Shown here: piece by piece, positions 44,223 through 53,754 of the stretch
Layout: the number at the start of each line of letters is the position of its first letter
Position numbering within the stretch: position 1 is the first letter of the stretch
Assembly (NCBI GenBank): GCA_963974725.1
Contig: CAXBFC010000001.1
Coordinates: 471-64,470 of the forward strand
Direction of reading: 5' to 3'
Source of the DNA: an uncultured bacterium
Lineage (GTDB): Bacteria > Planctomycetota > UBA1135 > UBA2386
Length of the DNA stretch: 64,000 nucleotides
Notes under the pieces: model-generated
What the model saw: only the letters and a program-made list of their open reading frames with translations
The model's database searches: none
Told to the model about the DNA's origin: nothing
Translations under genes and position numbers: made by a program

Positions 44223-46694
44223 CTACTGCAGCGTCACGACCGGCGCATTGCCACCAAATGCGATCGAACCGTTCGCAACAACGACAGTTTGGAAGGCCAA
44301 ATCGATTCCGATCAACCCGGCCTGAACAGGCAGCGGTAGCTCGAACGACGCGTAGCCGCTACTTGTCATGGTCTGCAACGGGAACAGCGCGACCGTCGTC
44401 GGATCCAGCAGCAACGTGCCCGCAACTCCAGGAGCGGTCAGCCCCGGGCCGAGTCCCAACGCACCAACTGGCAACAGTAAGCCGCCGTCGGGGCCGTTCA
44501 TGCCAATGCGAAGGTCGGTGCCGAGCACGCCCGAACCAAGCAACGTGACCGCACCGTCCGGAGCGGCGCCCAGGATCTCAAACCCGTCGACCGACGCCTC
44601 GACCAACGAAGCATTCAGGTCTTGCGCACGCACCCTGACGATCATCTCACTGGTCAACGGACCAGCCAACGGCAACTCCAGCCGCTGCCAGGATCCCGTC
44701 GAAGTCGTTCGCGAATACAGCGAGCTCCAGTTGACGCCGTTGTCGCCGCTCACTTCGACCAGCAACGCGTCGTTGCTCTGACTCTCTCCATAGAACAGAT
44801 CGAACGCCACGGAGGCCGCACCCAGGTGCGACAAGTCCATCACCGGGGACCACAGGTCGGTGTAGCCCGTGTCGACGTCATAGGTGCCAGCAGATGCGCC
44901 GGGCCGGCCATCGGTCACCCAGCACATCGAGCCTCCCGGTGTCGTCTGGGTGCCCGGCTGCAACACGACCCCACCCGAACTGGTCTGCGTCGGCGCGGCA
45001 CGCTCCCACAACCCGGTCGTCGCCGTGCCACCCGGGGCGCGCGCAAAGCCGTGGTCTTGCTCGAAGTCCTCGTCGACACAGGTGCGCAACGGCACCAACA
45101 CGACGTCGAGCGGCAGATCTTGCGTCCGCCCATCGCCGGTCACCCGCACAAGCAGTTGCGCGACGCTCGCCGGGTAATTGCTCGGGATGGAGAACGTCAA
45201 CGGCATGAGGACATTGTCGCCGCTGCCAAAGGCCGCCACCGACCCCAACGACACGACGTTGGTGCCCAAGACCAGCGACGGACTGACGGCGAGCAACTCC
45301 AGCGTCAACGGTGCCGCAGCCATGCCGACGTTGTCGAGCGTCACCACGACTTCGCCGGTTTCGCCAGGTTCGACGACCAGGTTGCCATTGCCACCCGGCG
45401 CTTCCGTGACAACCGTCGTATTGACTACGAACGCCGCGCCCGCCGTCAGCGCTGCCTTGCGGAACATGCGTTGATGGCGCCGCGCAATCACTTCGATGGT
45501 CGGGCCCACCGGCCAGAACCCACCTTCGTTGGCCCGCCCCAGCTCCGCCGTCCAAGAGAATGAGCCGCGCGCCACGTGGTGGTGGTCGACGGACGTTCCA
45601 GACGAGATGTAGAGCAGCGTGCCCCAACGCCCATGATTGATACCGCTCTCCGCGACCATGAAGGCCCCGAGCACATTGTAGGCAGCGACGTTTGCTGGAT
45701 CCGCAGCCTGGTAGGCCCAGGGCCGCAACAACACATCCGTGTAGCTATGCGTACTGAACACTTGCACGAATTGGCGCGACGCGGCGAACGCCTCGACCGC
45801 GGCAACTTCCGGCTCCGAGAACGGCCCCGTGCCTCGATACGTTTCACTGCTCGTGCTCGTCGAACTGCCACCATTCGGCGCGTTCCAGAACGTCGCGTAG
45901 TTGCGGTTGAGGTCGACGCCGAACGTTCCATTGCCGTTGTTGCGGCGATTCTTCCGCCACATGCCGCCCCCATTCGGGTTGGTCGTGGCGTTGTATTCAT
46001 AGCCATCCGGATTGACGCATGGCACGAAGTACAGTTCGCGTTCATTGATCAAGAACGTCGCTTCCGCATCGTTGCCATAGCCATCGAGCAACTCGTCCAT
46101 GAACAACAACGTTGCCGACATCGACAGCGGCTCCCGCGCGTGATGTAGCGCGTCGTAGTAGACCTCAGGCTCGCCTTCGTCGACCGCGACGTTGTCACTG
46201 ATCTTGACCATCCACAAGTCGCGCCCCTCGATCGATTGCCCGATGCTGATTCGCTGCGAACACAGGTTGGGATAGTTGGCCGCGAAGTCGTCGAGGATGG
46301 AGAGCATCTCGGCAAGGGTGTAGTGGCCGCCCATCGCTCCCTGTCCGATCGGTGGCGTCAACGTATCGACACTACTCAATGGGAACTGCGCCACTGCGGC
46401 GGCGTGAGCAGCCGCCATGTCGGCGATCCTGACGATGTGCTTCAAGTTCGCTTGCCGCAACAGCTGCACGTCGCCGGGTCGCGCGATGATCTCGATGCGT
46501 CGCTGCCCCAACAACGGTTGCCGGCAACCAGCCAGGTCGAGATCGAGCGCCAACAATTGCTGCAGTTGCGCTGGCCCCGTGACGCGCACTTCCACCAACG
46601 AACGCGTGGCCGCTGCGCCGGTCGATTGAGCAGACAGCCCAACGCCACTAGCCATGGCGCAAGCGAGAAGAACGACACGAATCGAGAGATACAT
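44223..46694 (-). CDS. secreted M14 zinc carboxypeptidase + MAM/lectin-like domain + shared C-terminal module
   Basis: 823-aa ORF. M14 motifs YYDALHHAREPLS, NPDGYEY, FSTHSYTDVLLRPW. C-terminus ELPLPVQAGLIGIDLAFQTVVV. Confidence 0.85.
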   Translation of the reverse strand: MYLSIRVVLLACAMASGVGLSAQSTGAAATRSLVEVRVTGPAQLQQLLALDLDLAGCRQPLLGQRRIEIIARPGDVQLLRQANLKHIVRIADMAAAHAAAVAQFPLSSVDTLTPPIGQGAMGGHYTLAEMLSILDDFAANYPNLCSQRISIGQSIEGRDLWMVKISDNVAVDEGEPEVYYDALHHAREPLSMSATLLFMDELLDGYGNDAEATFLINERELYFVPCVNPDGYEYNATTNPNGGGMWRKNRRNNGNGTFGVDLNRNYATFWNAPNGGSSTSTSSETYRGTGPFSEPEVAAVEAFAASRQFVQVFSTHSYTDVLLRPWAYQAADPANVAAYNVLGAFMVAESGINHGRWGTLLYISSGTSVDHHHVARGSFSWTAELGRANEGGFWPVGPTIEVIARRHQRMFRKAALTAGAAFVVNTTVVTEAPGGNGNLVVEPGETGEVVVTLDNVGMAAAPLTLELLAVSPSLVLGTNVVSLGSVAAFGSGDNVLMPLTFSIPSNYPASVAQLLVRVTGDGRTQDLPLDVVLVPLRTCVDEDFEQDHGFARAPGGTATTGLWERAAPTQTSSGGVVLQPGTQTTPGGSMCWVTDGRPGASAGTYDVDTGYTDLWSPVMDLSHLGAASVAFDLFYGESQSNDALLVEVSGDNGVNWSSLYSRTTSTGSWQRLELPLAGPLTSEMIVRVRAQDLNASLVEASVDGFEILGAAPDGAVTLLGSGVLGTDLRIGMNGPDGGLLLPVGALGLGPGLTAPGVAGTLLLDPTTVALFPLQTMTSSGYASFELPLPVQAGLIGIDLAFQTVVVANGSIAFGGNAPVVTLQ

Positions 46695-46748
46695 CGCGGA
46701 CGCAATCTAACGCCAAATCAACCTTGGTGGCCCACTAGAGTCACGTTC

Positions 46749-47447
46749 ATGAAGCGCCTTGCCCCGGTGTTACTCCTGGCCGCTTGCCAAGTCGGCCCTG
46801 TGATGGTTAGTCCGGAACCAACGCAGCCACCTCGCATCGCTCGAGATCGAGTTGGCATCGTATTGATCGACGCACAGCCGGCGTTTTGGCGCAGCATGCA
46901 TGGTCCGTCCGAACCGGTCATGGAGCGAATCGAACAACTGCTGATCCATGCCAGCATCACCGACACGCCCATCGTCGCAACCTTCGAGGTGCCGACCAAG
47001 CGCAACGGCGAGCTGCCCGAACGACTAGAGCAGGTTTGGCCCGCCCATGGCCATCGCCATGAAAAGCGTACGTTCGATTGCTGTCGCGAACCAGCGATCG
47101 CCACGACCTTGCGAGCGCTCGGCGTCGAGCAAGTCGTCGTCGCCGGTGCCGAAACCGACGTATGTGTGATGCAGTCGTGCCTCGGTTTGCTCGGGCTCGG
47201 CTTCGAAGTGTTCCTGCTCGAGGACTGCGTCTTTTCGAATGAAGCGAACATCGGCCCGGCCTTGCGCCGCATGCAGCTGGCCGGAGTCGTACCGACAACG
47301 TACAAGTCCTACTTCTACGCCATGGAGCAAACAGTCGACTTCGATGCAATCCCGAGGGAATGGCAAGAACGCCTGAAGCAGCACAAAAAGCGCTATCGTT
47401 CTCCCTACGGACTTAGCCCGTTCTCGTCCGGTGCCCGGGGACTATGA
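46749..47447 (+). CDS. isochorismatase/cysteine-hydrolase family lipoprotein
   Basis: ORF 46236..47447. ATG at 46749 gives the lipobox MKRLAPVLLLAAC. IVLIDAQPAFW and VVVAGAETDVCVMQS motifs. Confidence 0.8.
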   Translation: MKRLAPVLLLAACQVGPVMVSPEPTQPPRIARDRVGIVLIDAQPAFWRSMHGPSEPVMERIEQLLIHASITDTPIVATFEVPTKRNGELPERLEQVWPAHGHRHEKRTFDCCREPAIATTLRALGVEQVVVAGAETDVCVMQSCLGLLGLGFEVFLLEDCVFSNEANIGPALRRMQLAGVVPTTYKSYFYAMEQTVDFDAIPREWQERLKQHKKRYRSPYGLSPFSSGARGL

Positions 47448-47501
47448 CACAGTCCCCCGCAACGATCCTCGACCCAGCAACAAGCTTTACTCGACGGCAA
47501 C

Positions 47502-49847
47502 ATGAGCCTCTCCAAGCCGGATCATGATCACGCTGCAACGAATGGCCAAGCGTGCATGCTGGACAGTGCCGGCAAGATCGTGTGGACCAACGATGCTTGG
47601 CGGCACAACGGATCGCCACTGCCGATCCCGCTGGACGTTGGCGACAACTACCACACTGCGTGCCAGGGCGTGCGCACGGCGATTGCAGATGCGAGCAAGC
47701 TCGTCGCGGCGCTTGAGAGCCTACTGAGCTCCAACGCGGAGCACTTCAGCCTTGAGGTCTGCTGGCACCCAAAGGATGCGTCGGCACCGACTCGGGACAA
47801 CACTCCCGGTCACTGCTTGATCCGGGCACATGCGATCACGATCGACGGCAGTCGCCGCTTCATGATCTGCCACGAAGATGTCAGCGAAGCGCGGACCGCA
47901 ACGGCAGCCCTGTATGCCAGTGAAGAGCGCTATCGACAGTTCTTCGAGGCTTCACCCGACGCTGTGTTCTTGCTATCCAGCTCGCCTGAGGACACCGGGC
48001 GCATCCTGGACGCCAACACCAACGCAGCGGTAATCCACGGCTACACGCGCGACGAACTGCTGACCATGTCCATTGGCGACCTCGATGTCGGTGAGGACGC
48101 AGAGCTTGTCAAGCAGCGCATCGCTTCGTTGTTCGCGAAGGGCAGCATCGCGTTCACCGCGACCCACCGACGCCGCGACGGCAGCCAGTTCCCGGTGGAA
48201 GTCACCGCACGCACGGTGACCGTCGGCGGCCAACCATGCATCATTTCATTCCATCGTGACACCAGCGAACGACGCGAGTTCGAACACGCCATGCGCGAGA
48301 ACAAGATGCGCATCGACCTGGCCGCACGCGCCAGTCGGGTCGGATTCTGGCACTGGGACCTGCACGACAACACGGTCATCTTCAGCCCAGAGTGGAAGGC
48401 GCAGATCGGCTACGCACCTGATGAGATCGAAGACGACTTCGAGGAATGGCGGAATCGCGTGCACCCAGACGACCTTGAGCGCGCAATGCTCGCCGTCAAC
48501 AACCACATTTCCGGGAAGGCGGACGACTACGTCACGGAGTTCCGCTTCCGACACCGGGATGGCTCCTACCGATGGATCTACGTGCGCGGCGAAGTGGCCC
48601 GCGACGCAACCGGCCAGCCGTTGCGATTCGTTGGCTGCCACGTTGACATCACGGCGACCAAGCAAGCCGAAGTAGAACGAGAACTGATGACGCAACGGTT
48701 GAACCAACTGCAGCGTATCGAAGCCATGGGCACGCTCGCGGGCGGCATTGCCCACGACTTCAACAACATCCTTGGCATCATCTCCGGCAACGTCGAGCTC
48801 GCACTGGCAACGACCGAAGATCCATCGTTGACCGAGTCGTTGACGGAGATTCACAAGGCAGGTCTACGAGCCGGCTCGCTGGTTCGCCAGATCTTGTCCT
48901 TCAGTCGCGAAGAGGCTCCCGAACGCAAGACGGTCAAACTCAGCGCCATCGTCGAAGAGGCCGTTCGGCTGCTTCGCTCTTCGACACCCCAGCACATCAA
49001 GATCGACAGCACGATCGAGACCAACGGCGCCATTGCATTCGCCGATCCCGAGCAGCTTCATCAAGCGTTGGTCAACCTTGGCACCAACGCTTGCCACGCG
49101 ATCGGGGATGGCTCAGGCCACGTCAACCTACGCCTGACCAGCGGTCCGATACCGGAGCACCTGACCACAGCGCCAATCGTCCCCACCGACGCAGACTGTG
49201 CGATTCTCGAGATCTCGGATGATGGCGAAGGCATGAGCGAGGAGTTGCAGAGCCGCATCTTCGAGCCATTCTTCACCACCAAGACCACCGGCCAGGGCAC
49301 GGGTCTGGGACTGTCCGTCGTGCACGGCATCGTCGCAGCCCACGGCGGCGCCATCGACCTGGAAAGCAAACTCGGCACCGGCACGACCTTCCGCATCTTC
49401 CTACCGCCCAGCACGGTCGGCGACCAAGCACCGCCGCCCAGTCGTGCGAAGCCATCGGGAACAGGCGTGCATGTGCTGCTGGTCGACGACGAGCCCAACC
49501 TGCTGCGTGTACTGACGAGAGGACTGCAACGCTATGACTTCGAGATAACCAGCCTTACGGATCCGAAGGCGGCGGTCGCCGCGATCAAGGAAGCACCAGA
49601 TCGCTTCGCCGTGTTCATCACCGACTTCGACATGCCCGGCCTCAACGGCATCGAGTCGACCCGCATCATCCGTGAGATTTGCCCAGATCTGCCGATCCTG
49701 CTGTGCTCAGGATTCATGGACAACAAGACCTCGACGGAAGCCAGCGAGGCCGGCGTCACACGCCTGATGACCAAGCCGATCTCGGTGAGGCACCTCGCGC
49801 AGACGATCTGCGAGTTGCATGGCGCCTCAAGCGATCGCAACGCTTAG
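47502..49847 (+). CDS. hybrid sensor histidine kinase/response regulator with PAS domains
   Basis: 781-aa ORF. PAS-like repeats, H-box GGIAHDFNNILGII, ATPase G-boxes (DDGEGM, GTGLGLSVV), receiver HVLLVDDEP...FITDFDMPGLNG. Confidence 0.9.
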   Translation: MSLSKPDHDHAATNGQACMLDSAGKIVWTNDAWRHNGSPLPIPLDVGDNYHTACQGVRTAIADASKLVAALESLLSSNAEHFSLEVCWHPKDASAPTRDNTPGHCLIRAHAITIDGSRRFMICHEDVSEARTATAALYASEERYRQFFEASPDAVFLLSSSPEDTGRILDANTNAAVIHGYTRDELLTMSIGDLDVGEDAELVKQRIASLFAKGSIAFTATHRRRDGSQFPVEVTARTVTVGGQPCIISFHRDTSERREFEHAMRENKMRIDLAARASRVGFWHWDLHDNTVIFSPEWKAQIGYAPDEIEDDFEEWRNRVHPDDLERAMLAVNNHISGKADDYVTEFRFRHRDGSYRWIYVRGEVARDATGQPLRFVGCHVDITATKQAEVERELMTQRLNQLQRIEAMGTLAGGIAHDFNNILGIISGNVELALATTEDPSLTESLTEIHKAGLRAGSLVRQILSFSREEAPERKTVKLSAIVEEAVRLLRSSTPQHIKIDSTIETNGAIAFADPEQLHQALVNLGTNACHAIGDGSGHVNLRLTSGPIPEHLTTAPIVPTDADCAILEISDDGEGMSEELQSRIFEPFFTTKTTGQGTGLGLSVVHGIVAAHGGAIDLESKLGTGTTFRIFLPPSTVGDQAPPPSRAKPSGTGVHVLLVDDEPNLLRVLTRGLQRYDFEITSLTDPKAAVAAIKEAPDRFAVFITDFDMPGLNGIESTRIIREICPDLPILLCSGFMDNKTSTEASEAGVTRLMTKPISVRHLAQTICELHGASSDRNA

Positions 49848-49896
49848 CAGCCCGTTGCAGAATTCGTCCAGCTCCCAGCCGTTGTTCAACGGGCTG
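49848..49896 (+). terminator. long hairpin CAGCCCGTTG ... CAACGGGCTG directly after the kinase stop (no U-tract)
   Basis: Perfect 10-bp inverted repeat with a 29-nt loop, starting 1 nt after the stop codon. Confidence 0.3.
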
Positions 49897-50173
49897 TTCG
49901 CACGCGGCCTGCCGTGCGCCACCAATTCGTGCGGTCGCTCTCACTGCCGGCCGGCTGTGCGTACCATGCGATGACATGACATGACCCGCCCCATCGCTTG
50001 GCTTGCGATCATCACCTTGCTGCTGGCGACTGGTTGGTAGCGACACCACGAACGGGAATTCTTGCCCTCTGCGTGAGCATCCAAAAACACCACGCCCAGA
50101 AGCGCGTCAGGTGCTAGCGCAGTCGCACGCAACCATGGATGATGAGGACTCGCACGCGGCAGCCGGAGACTTC

Positions 50174-51619
50174 ATGAGCATCAAGCGATCGGCATTTCTT
50201 CTCGCCTGGATTGGCATCGCAATCGCGCCCATCGCAGCGCAAGAGGCCTCTACAGGCCGAGACGAACACCTGCTCCACGGCGCCGTCACGGTAGTGCACG
50301 ACCAGAAGGGCGCCGCCAACGCACGATTCACGCTGTGGGTCAGCTACCCCAACCGTCACACGGACTTCCTCGATCACGCCCAGTATCTGGCCGACTTGCA
50401 GTCGCGCTTTGGCGACAAGGGAATCGCGATCGGCGTTGTGCTTCCGGAAGCAGACGCTGTTCACATCGCCGGCACCAAACCCCGCATGGTCGTCGCGAGA
50501 GCCGACGACAAAGATCAGCTCGCCGACATCGTGACCATGACCTGCGTCGTCACGGAAGCTACCAGCGGTGCCGCGCTCGTATCGCTGAACTCGCTCGACC
50601 TCGCCGTCGATACCATCAAGGGTTTGCTTACGGACACGTATGACCACGAGGCCCAGGTTCAGGCCAACAACGTGCTCGAATCGACGTGGGCGAACATCTG
50701 CGACGGAGGCGAGTTCGACGCGATGGTCAAACAGTGCCTGACGACCTATCCGCATTCGGGGCGTGCGCATGCCTGCGCCGTCCTCAATCAGTGGTGGTGC
50801 AAAGGCGACCTCATTGCCGCTCGCAAGGCAATCGATACCGGCCTGCAAGCGCTGAGCAACGACGCGGTGCCGATGTCGATCTTTGTCGACTTGGTGCTGC
50901 GCGGCGATCGCTTTGATCCGCAACTCGCACGCAAGCTTGCGATGGCGATGGCGCCGGTTGCCGCCGGCGCATCCGACGGGCCATTTACGCAACTCGTCTA
51001 TCTGCGGGCCCTGCTACGCGATGGCCAAGAACGCATGGCTGGCCGCATCTGTGCAACCCTGCCGAAGCGCATCAGCGACCGGGCCGACCTTCAGCTGCAC
51101 TTCGCCGAAACCCTGATGGAGAGCAGCAACCCGATGGCGCACCGCGACGCAGCAGAACGTGCGATCCAGAATGCGGAAGCCAACAGCGGCCTCCGCAAGT
51201 TGGTCTACGCGGCCCGGCACAAGCTGTTGAAGCGCTGCCAGGAAGACGAGGCTGCCGAGAAGCTGATGAAGGAATACCGCGCCAGAAACCTAGGCAGCGG
51301 ACTCAACAACGACGCGTGGTATCTGATCGTGCAGCCGCAAACGATGGGCCGCTTCGACACGATGGCACTCGCGCAATGCGAAGAGATGCTGCGGGTCGAC
51401 AAGAACATCGACTATGGCAGCATGGACACCGTGGCGCTCGCGCACTTCGTCAACGGCTTGGTGCAGAAGGCCGTCGAAATGCAGACCACTGCATCGAAGC
51501 AGAGCGGTAACGACCCGGTCTACGTCGCGCGCCTGAAGCGCTACCAGGCAACCTTGGCCGAGATCGACGCGCGCCAACGCGAACAAAAGTTGAAGGAACA
51601 GGGCAAGCTGAAGAAGTAG
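50174..51619 (+). CDS. secreted hypothetical protein (N-terminal thioredoxin-fold-like region, helical repeat C-terminus)
   Basis: ORF 50003..51619. ATG at 50174 gives the signal peptide MSIKRSAFLLAWIGIAIAPIAAQ. Confidence 0.65.
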   Translation: MSIKRSAFLLAWIGIAIAPIAAQEASTGRDEHLLHGAVTVVHDQKGAANARFTLWVSYPNRHTDFLDHAQYLADLQSRFGDKGIAIGVVLPEADAVHIAGTKPRMVVARADDKDQLADIVTMTCVVTEATSGAALVSLNSLDLAVDTIKGLLTDTYDHEAQVQANNVLESTWANICDGGEFDAMVKQCLTTYPHSGRAHACAVLNQWWCKGDLIAARKAIDTGLQALSNDAVPMSIFVDLVLRGDRFDPQLARKLAMAMAPVAAGASDGPFTQLVYLRALLRDGQERMAGRICATLPKRISDRADLQLHFAETLMESSNPMAHRDAAERAIQNAEANSGLRKLVYAARHKLLKRCQEDEAAEKLMKEYRARNLGSGLNNDAWYLIVQPQTMGRFDTMALAQCEEMLRVDKNIDYGSMDTVALAHFVNGLVQKAVEMQTTASKQSGNDPVYVARLKRYQATLAEIDARQREQKLKEQGKLKK

Positions 51620-51628
51620 CGGGCGCTA

Positions 51629-51722
51629 CCCAATCGGCCCCATCCCCCAATCGGCCCCAATCCCCAATCGGCCCCAATCCCCAATCGGCCCATCCCCCAA
51701 TCGGCCCAGCCCCCAATCGCCG
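51629..51722. repeat. 14-16 bp tandem repeat x6 (CCCCAATCGGCCCCA-like), intergenic between convergent genes
   Basis: Six CCAATCGGCCC cores read directly. Confidence 0.85.
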
Positions 51723-51739
51723 GCAGCCCCTCGCCCGCG

Positions 51740-52984
51740 CTACTCCGCCGCCGGCACCAGGCGGTAGATCTTGCCCTGCTTGCCGATGTAGACCGTCATC
51801 AGCAGTTCGCCATCAGGCTCTTCGGCATAACTGGACGGCGGGAACTTGGCGTTCTTCAACTTGACCACTTCGGCCACGCCATCCTTGCCTTCGCGGCAAG
51901 CCCATGCGCGCTTGGTGATGAAGTCGGCGTAGACGAAGAAGCCCTGCAAGCCAGGGATCTTCTTGCCGCGGTAGACGTGGCCGCCGGTGATCGACACGCC
52001 TTGCTGATGGGTGTAGCTCGCAACCGGCAGGATATGCCCCTTGGGCGTCGGCAACTTGCTGCGGCGCTTGCCAAACTCCTCGTGCGCTTCAAAGCTGTTC
52101 CAGCCGTAGAAACCGCCCTTGACCAAGATATCGACCTCTTCGATGCGGCCTTGGCCGACGTCGGCGGCCCACAGTTTGTTGGTCTCACGATCGAACGACA
52201 TGCGCCAGATGTTGCGCAAGCCATAGCACCAGATCTCGCCGCGCGCGCCCTCGGTGCCAACGAACGGATTGTCCTTCGGAATCGCGTAGGGCTGCTCCGG
52301 CGACGCCTTGCTGACATCGATGCGCAGCACCTTGCCAAGCAGCATCGCCAGGCTCTCGGCGTTGCCGTATGGGTCGTTGGCCGCGCCGCCATCACCAAAC
52401 GTGATGTAGAGCATACCGTCCGGGCCGAACAGGATCGTGCCGCCGTTGTGGTTGCCAAACGGCTGGAAGACTTCCATCACCCGCAACTCCGTCGACAGGT
52501 CGACGGACTTCTTGCCGGCAACGTCTTGGACCGTGTACCGGGCGATGATCGACTGGCGATCGCTCTTGCGCTTGCCGCGCGCCATCGGCTCGCTGCGCGG
52601 CTCGATCCTCTCGGACCAATAGGTCCACACGAAGTGGTTGTTGGCGTAGTCCGGGTCGAACTGAAACCCGAGCAGCCCCTCTTCCCAGTTCTCGGTGAGC
52701 ACCTTGTCATTCAAATCGAGAAACACCTCGCGCTCCGACTTCTGCCCATCCCGCGGTATCCGGTAGATGAAGCCACGCTGAGACACGACGTAGGCCGAAG
52801 CTGGGTCCGTATCATGGAACGCGACGAACAATGGCTGCACGAACGGCTCCTGACCCGGGAACGCATCCTCGTAGTCAATGGCGGGACCTCGGCTGGGACT
52901 GACCGTCTCCTGTTGGGCGTGGCACGGAAGCGCCAGGGCAGTGGCGAGAGGCAGCAACGAGACGTAACGGAGAAACGCGGGCAT
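51740..52984 (-). CDS. PQQ-dependent sugar dehydrogenase (glucose/sorbosone dehydrogenase family)
   Basis: ORF 51740..53368. ATG at 52984 gives MPAFLRYVSLLPLATALALPCHA. HNGGTILFGPDGMLYITFGDGG, YGLRNIWRMSFD, VGQGRIEEVD motifs. Confidence 0.85.
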   Translation of the reverse strand: MPAFLRYVSLLPLATALALPCHAQQETVSPSRGPAIDYEDAFPGQEPFVQPLFVAFHDTDPASAYVVSQRGFIYRIPRDGQKSEREVFLDLNDKVLTENWEEGLLGFQFDPDYANNHFVWTYWSERIEPRSEPMARGKRKSDRQSIIARYTVQDVAGKKSVDLSTELRVMEVFQPFGNHNGGTILFGPDGMLYITFGDGGAANDPYGNAESLAMLLGKVLRIDVSKASPEQPYAIPKDNPFVGTEGARGEIWCYGLRNIWRMSFDRETNKLWAADVGQGRIEEVDILVKGGFYGWNSFEAHEEFGKRRSKLPTPKGHILPVASYTHQQGVSITGGHVYRGKKIPGLQGFFVYADFITKRAWACREGKDGVAEVVKLKNAKFPPSSYAEEPDGELLMTVYIGKQGKIYRLVPAAE

Positions 52985-52986
52985 AT

Positions 52987-53754
52987 TCAGTTGGATGGAT
53001 GCGGACGATCTGGCGAACCCTGCAGGGTTTGCCATGCGGCACGCTGCAGATACGAAGCGACGGTTTCGGACAAACCGGCCGTGTAGGCAAGGCCTATGGG
53101 TGACTGACCATGCAGTGCGCCGAACATGGTGCAAGCGGCAAGATAAGTACCGGCGAGAGTCGGGTGGCGATCGTCCCGCATGCGCAGCAGGAGATCTGGA
53201 CGTTCGGTGGTGACGAGCGCAAACGCGGACCCGACCGGAACGACCAGCGCATCGAGCTGCTCGCCGAGATCCGAATACGCCTTCTGCAACGGCTCGGTCA
53301 TCTCGGGCCGCGACGAGTACGCCCACGTCATCAGCAACACTGGCTGCGCCCCGTTGTCGCGAATCCAATCGGCGTATTCTGTCGCTGCGGCGCGAAACCT
53401 GGCCGCGTCGTTGAGCGGTTCCAAACTATGCCCCTGCAGCACCACGGCATCGAACGTCTGTTCGGCCAATCGCTGGCGCAAGCCTTCGCGATGCTCGCCG
53501 AGACGACCACCGGAGAGGGTCATGCTGCGGGCCACAGCGCGCCAACTGGGCCCACGCGCCGCGCGCACAAGCTTGCGATAGTGATTGTGCAGGCTGTTGT
53601 TGTAGTAGGTGAAGCTATTGCCAACGAACAACACGCGGCGCGGCTGCAGCGGGTCGGGCGTCGTGCGCACGACCGGCGCCGAGTGGCACGCAGTAGCGAC
53701 CAAAACGAGCAGGAGACCAGCAATCGTCGATCGCATCCGCGCCGATCCACTCAT
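52987..53754 (-). CDS. SGNH/GDSL-like hydrolase-fold lipoprotein (DUF4886-like)
   Basis: 255-aa ORF. LLLVLVATAC lipobox-like signal, VLFVGNSFTYYNN motif. Confidence 0.55.
   Translation of the reverse strand: MSGSARMRSTIAGLLLVLVATACHSAPVVRTTPDPLQPRRVLFVGNSFTYYNNSLHNHYRKLVRAARGPSWRAVARSMTLSGGRLGEHREGLRQRLAEQTFDAVVLQGHSLEPLNDAARFRAAATEYADWIRDNGAQPVLLMTWAYSSRPEMTEPLQKAYSDLGEQLDALVVPVGSAFALVTTERPDLLLRMRDDRHPTLAGTYLAACTMFGALHGQSPIGLAYTAGLSETVASYLQRAAWQTLQGSPDRPHPSN

Noticed and set aside
47437-47457. 7-bp hairpin GGGGACT-ATGACAC-AGTCCCC enclosing the stop codon of the isochorismatase-like gene, considered as a terminator.
   Set aside because: No U-tract follows, and the next gene starts 45 nt later on the same strand. 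There is not enough evidence to call it a terminator or regulatory element.
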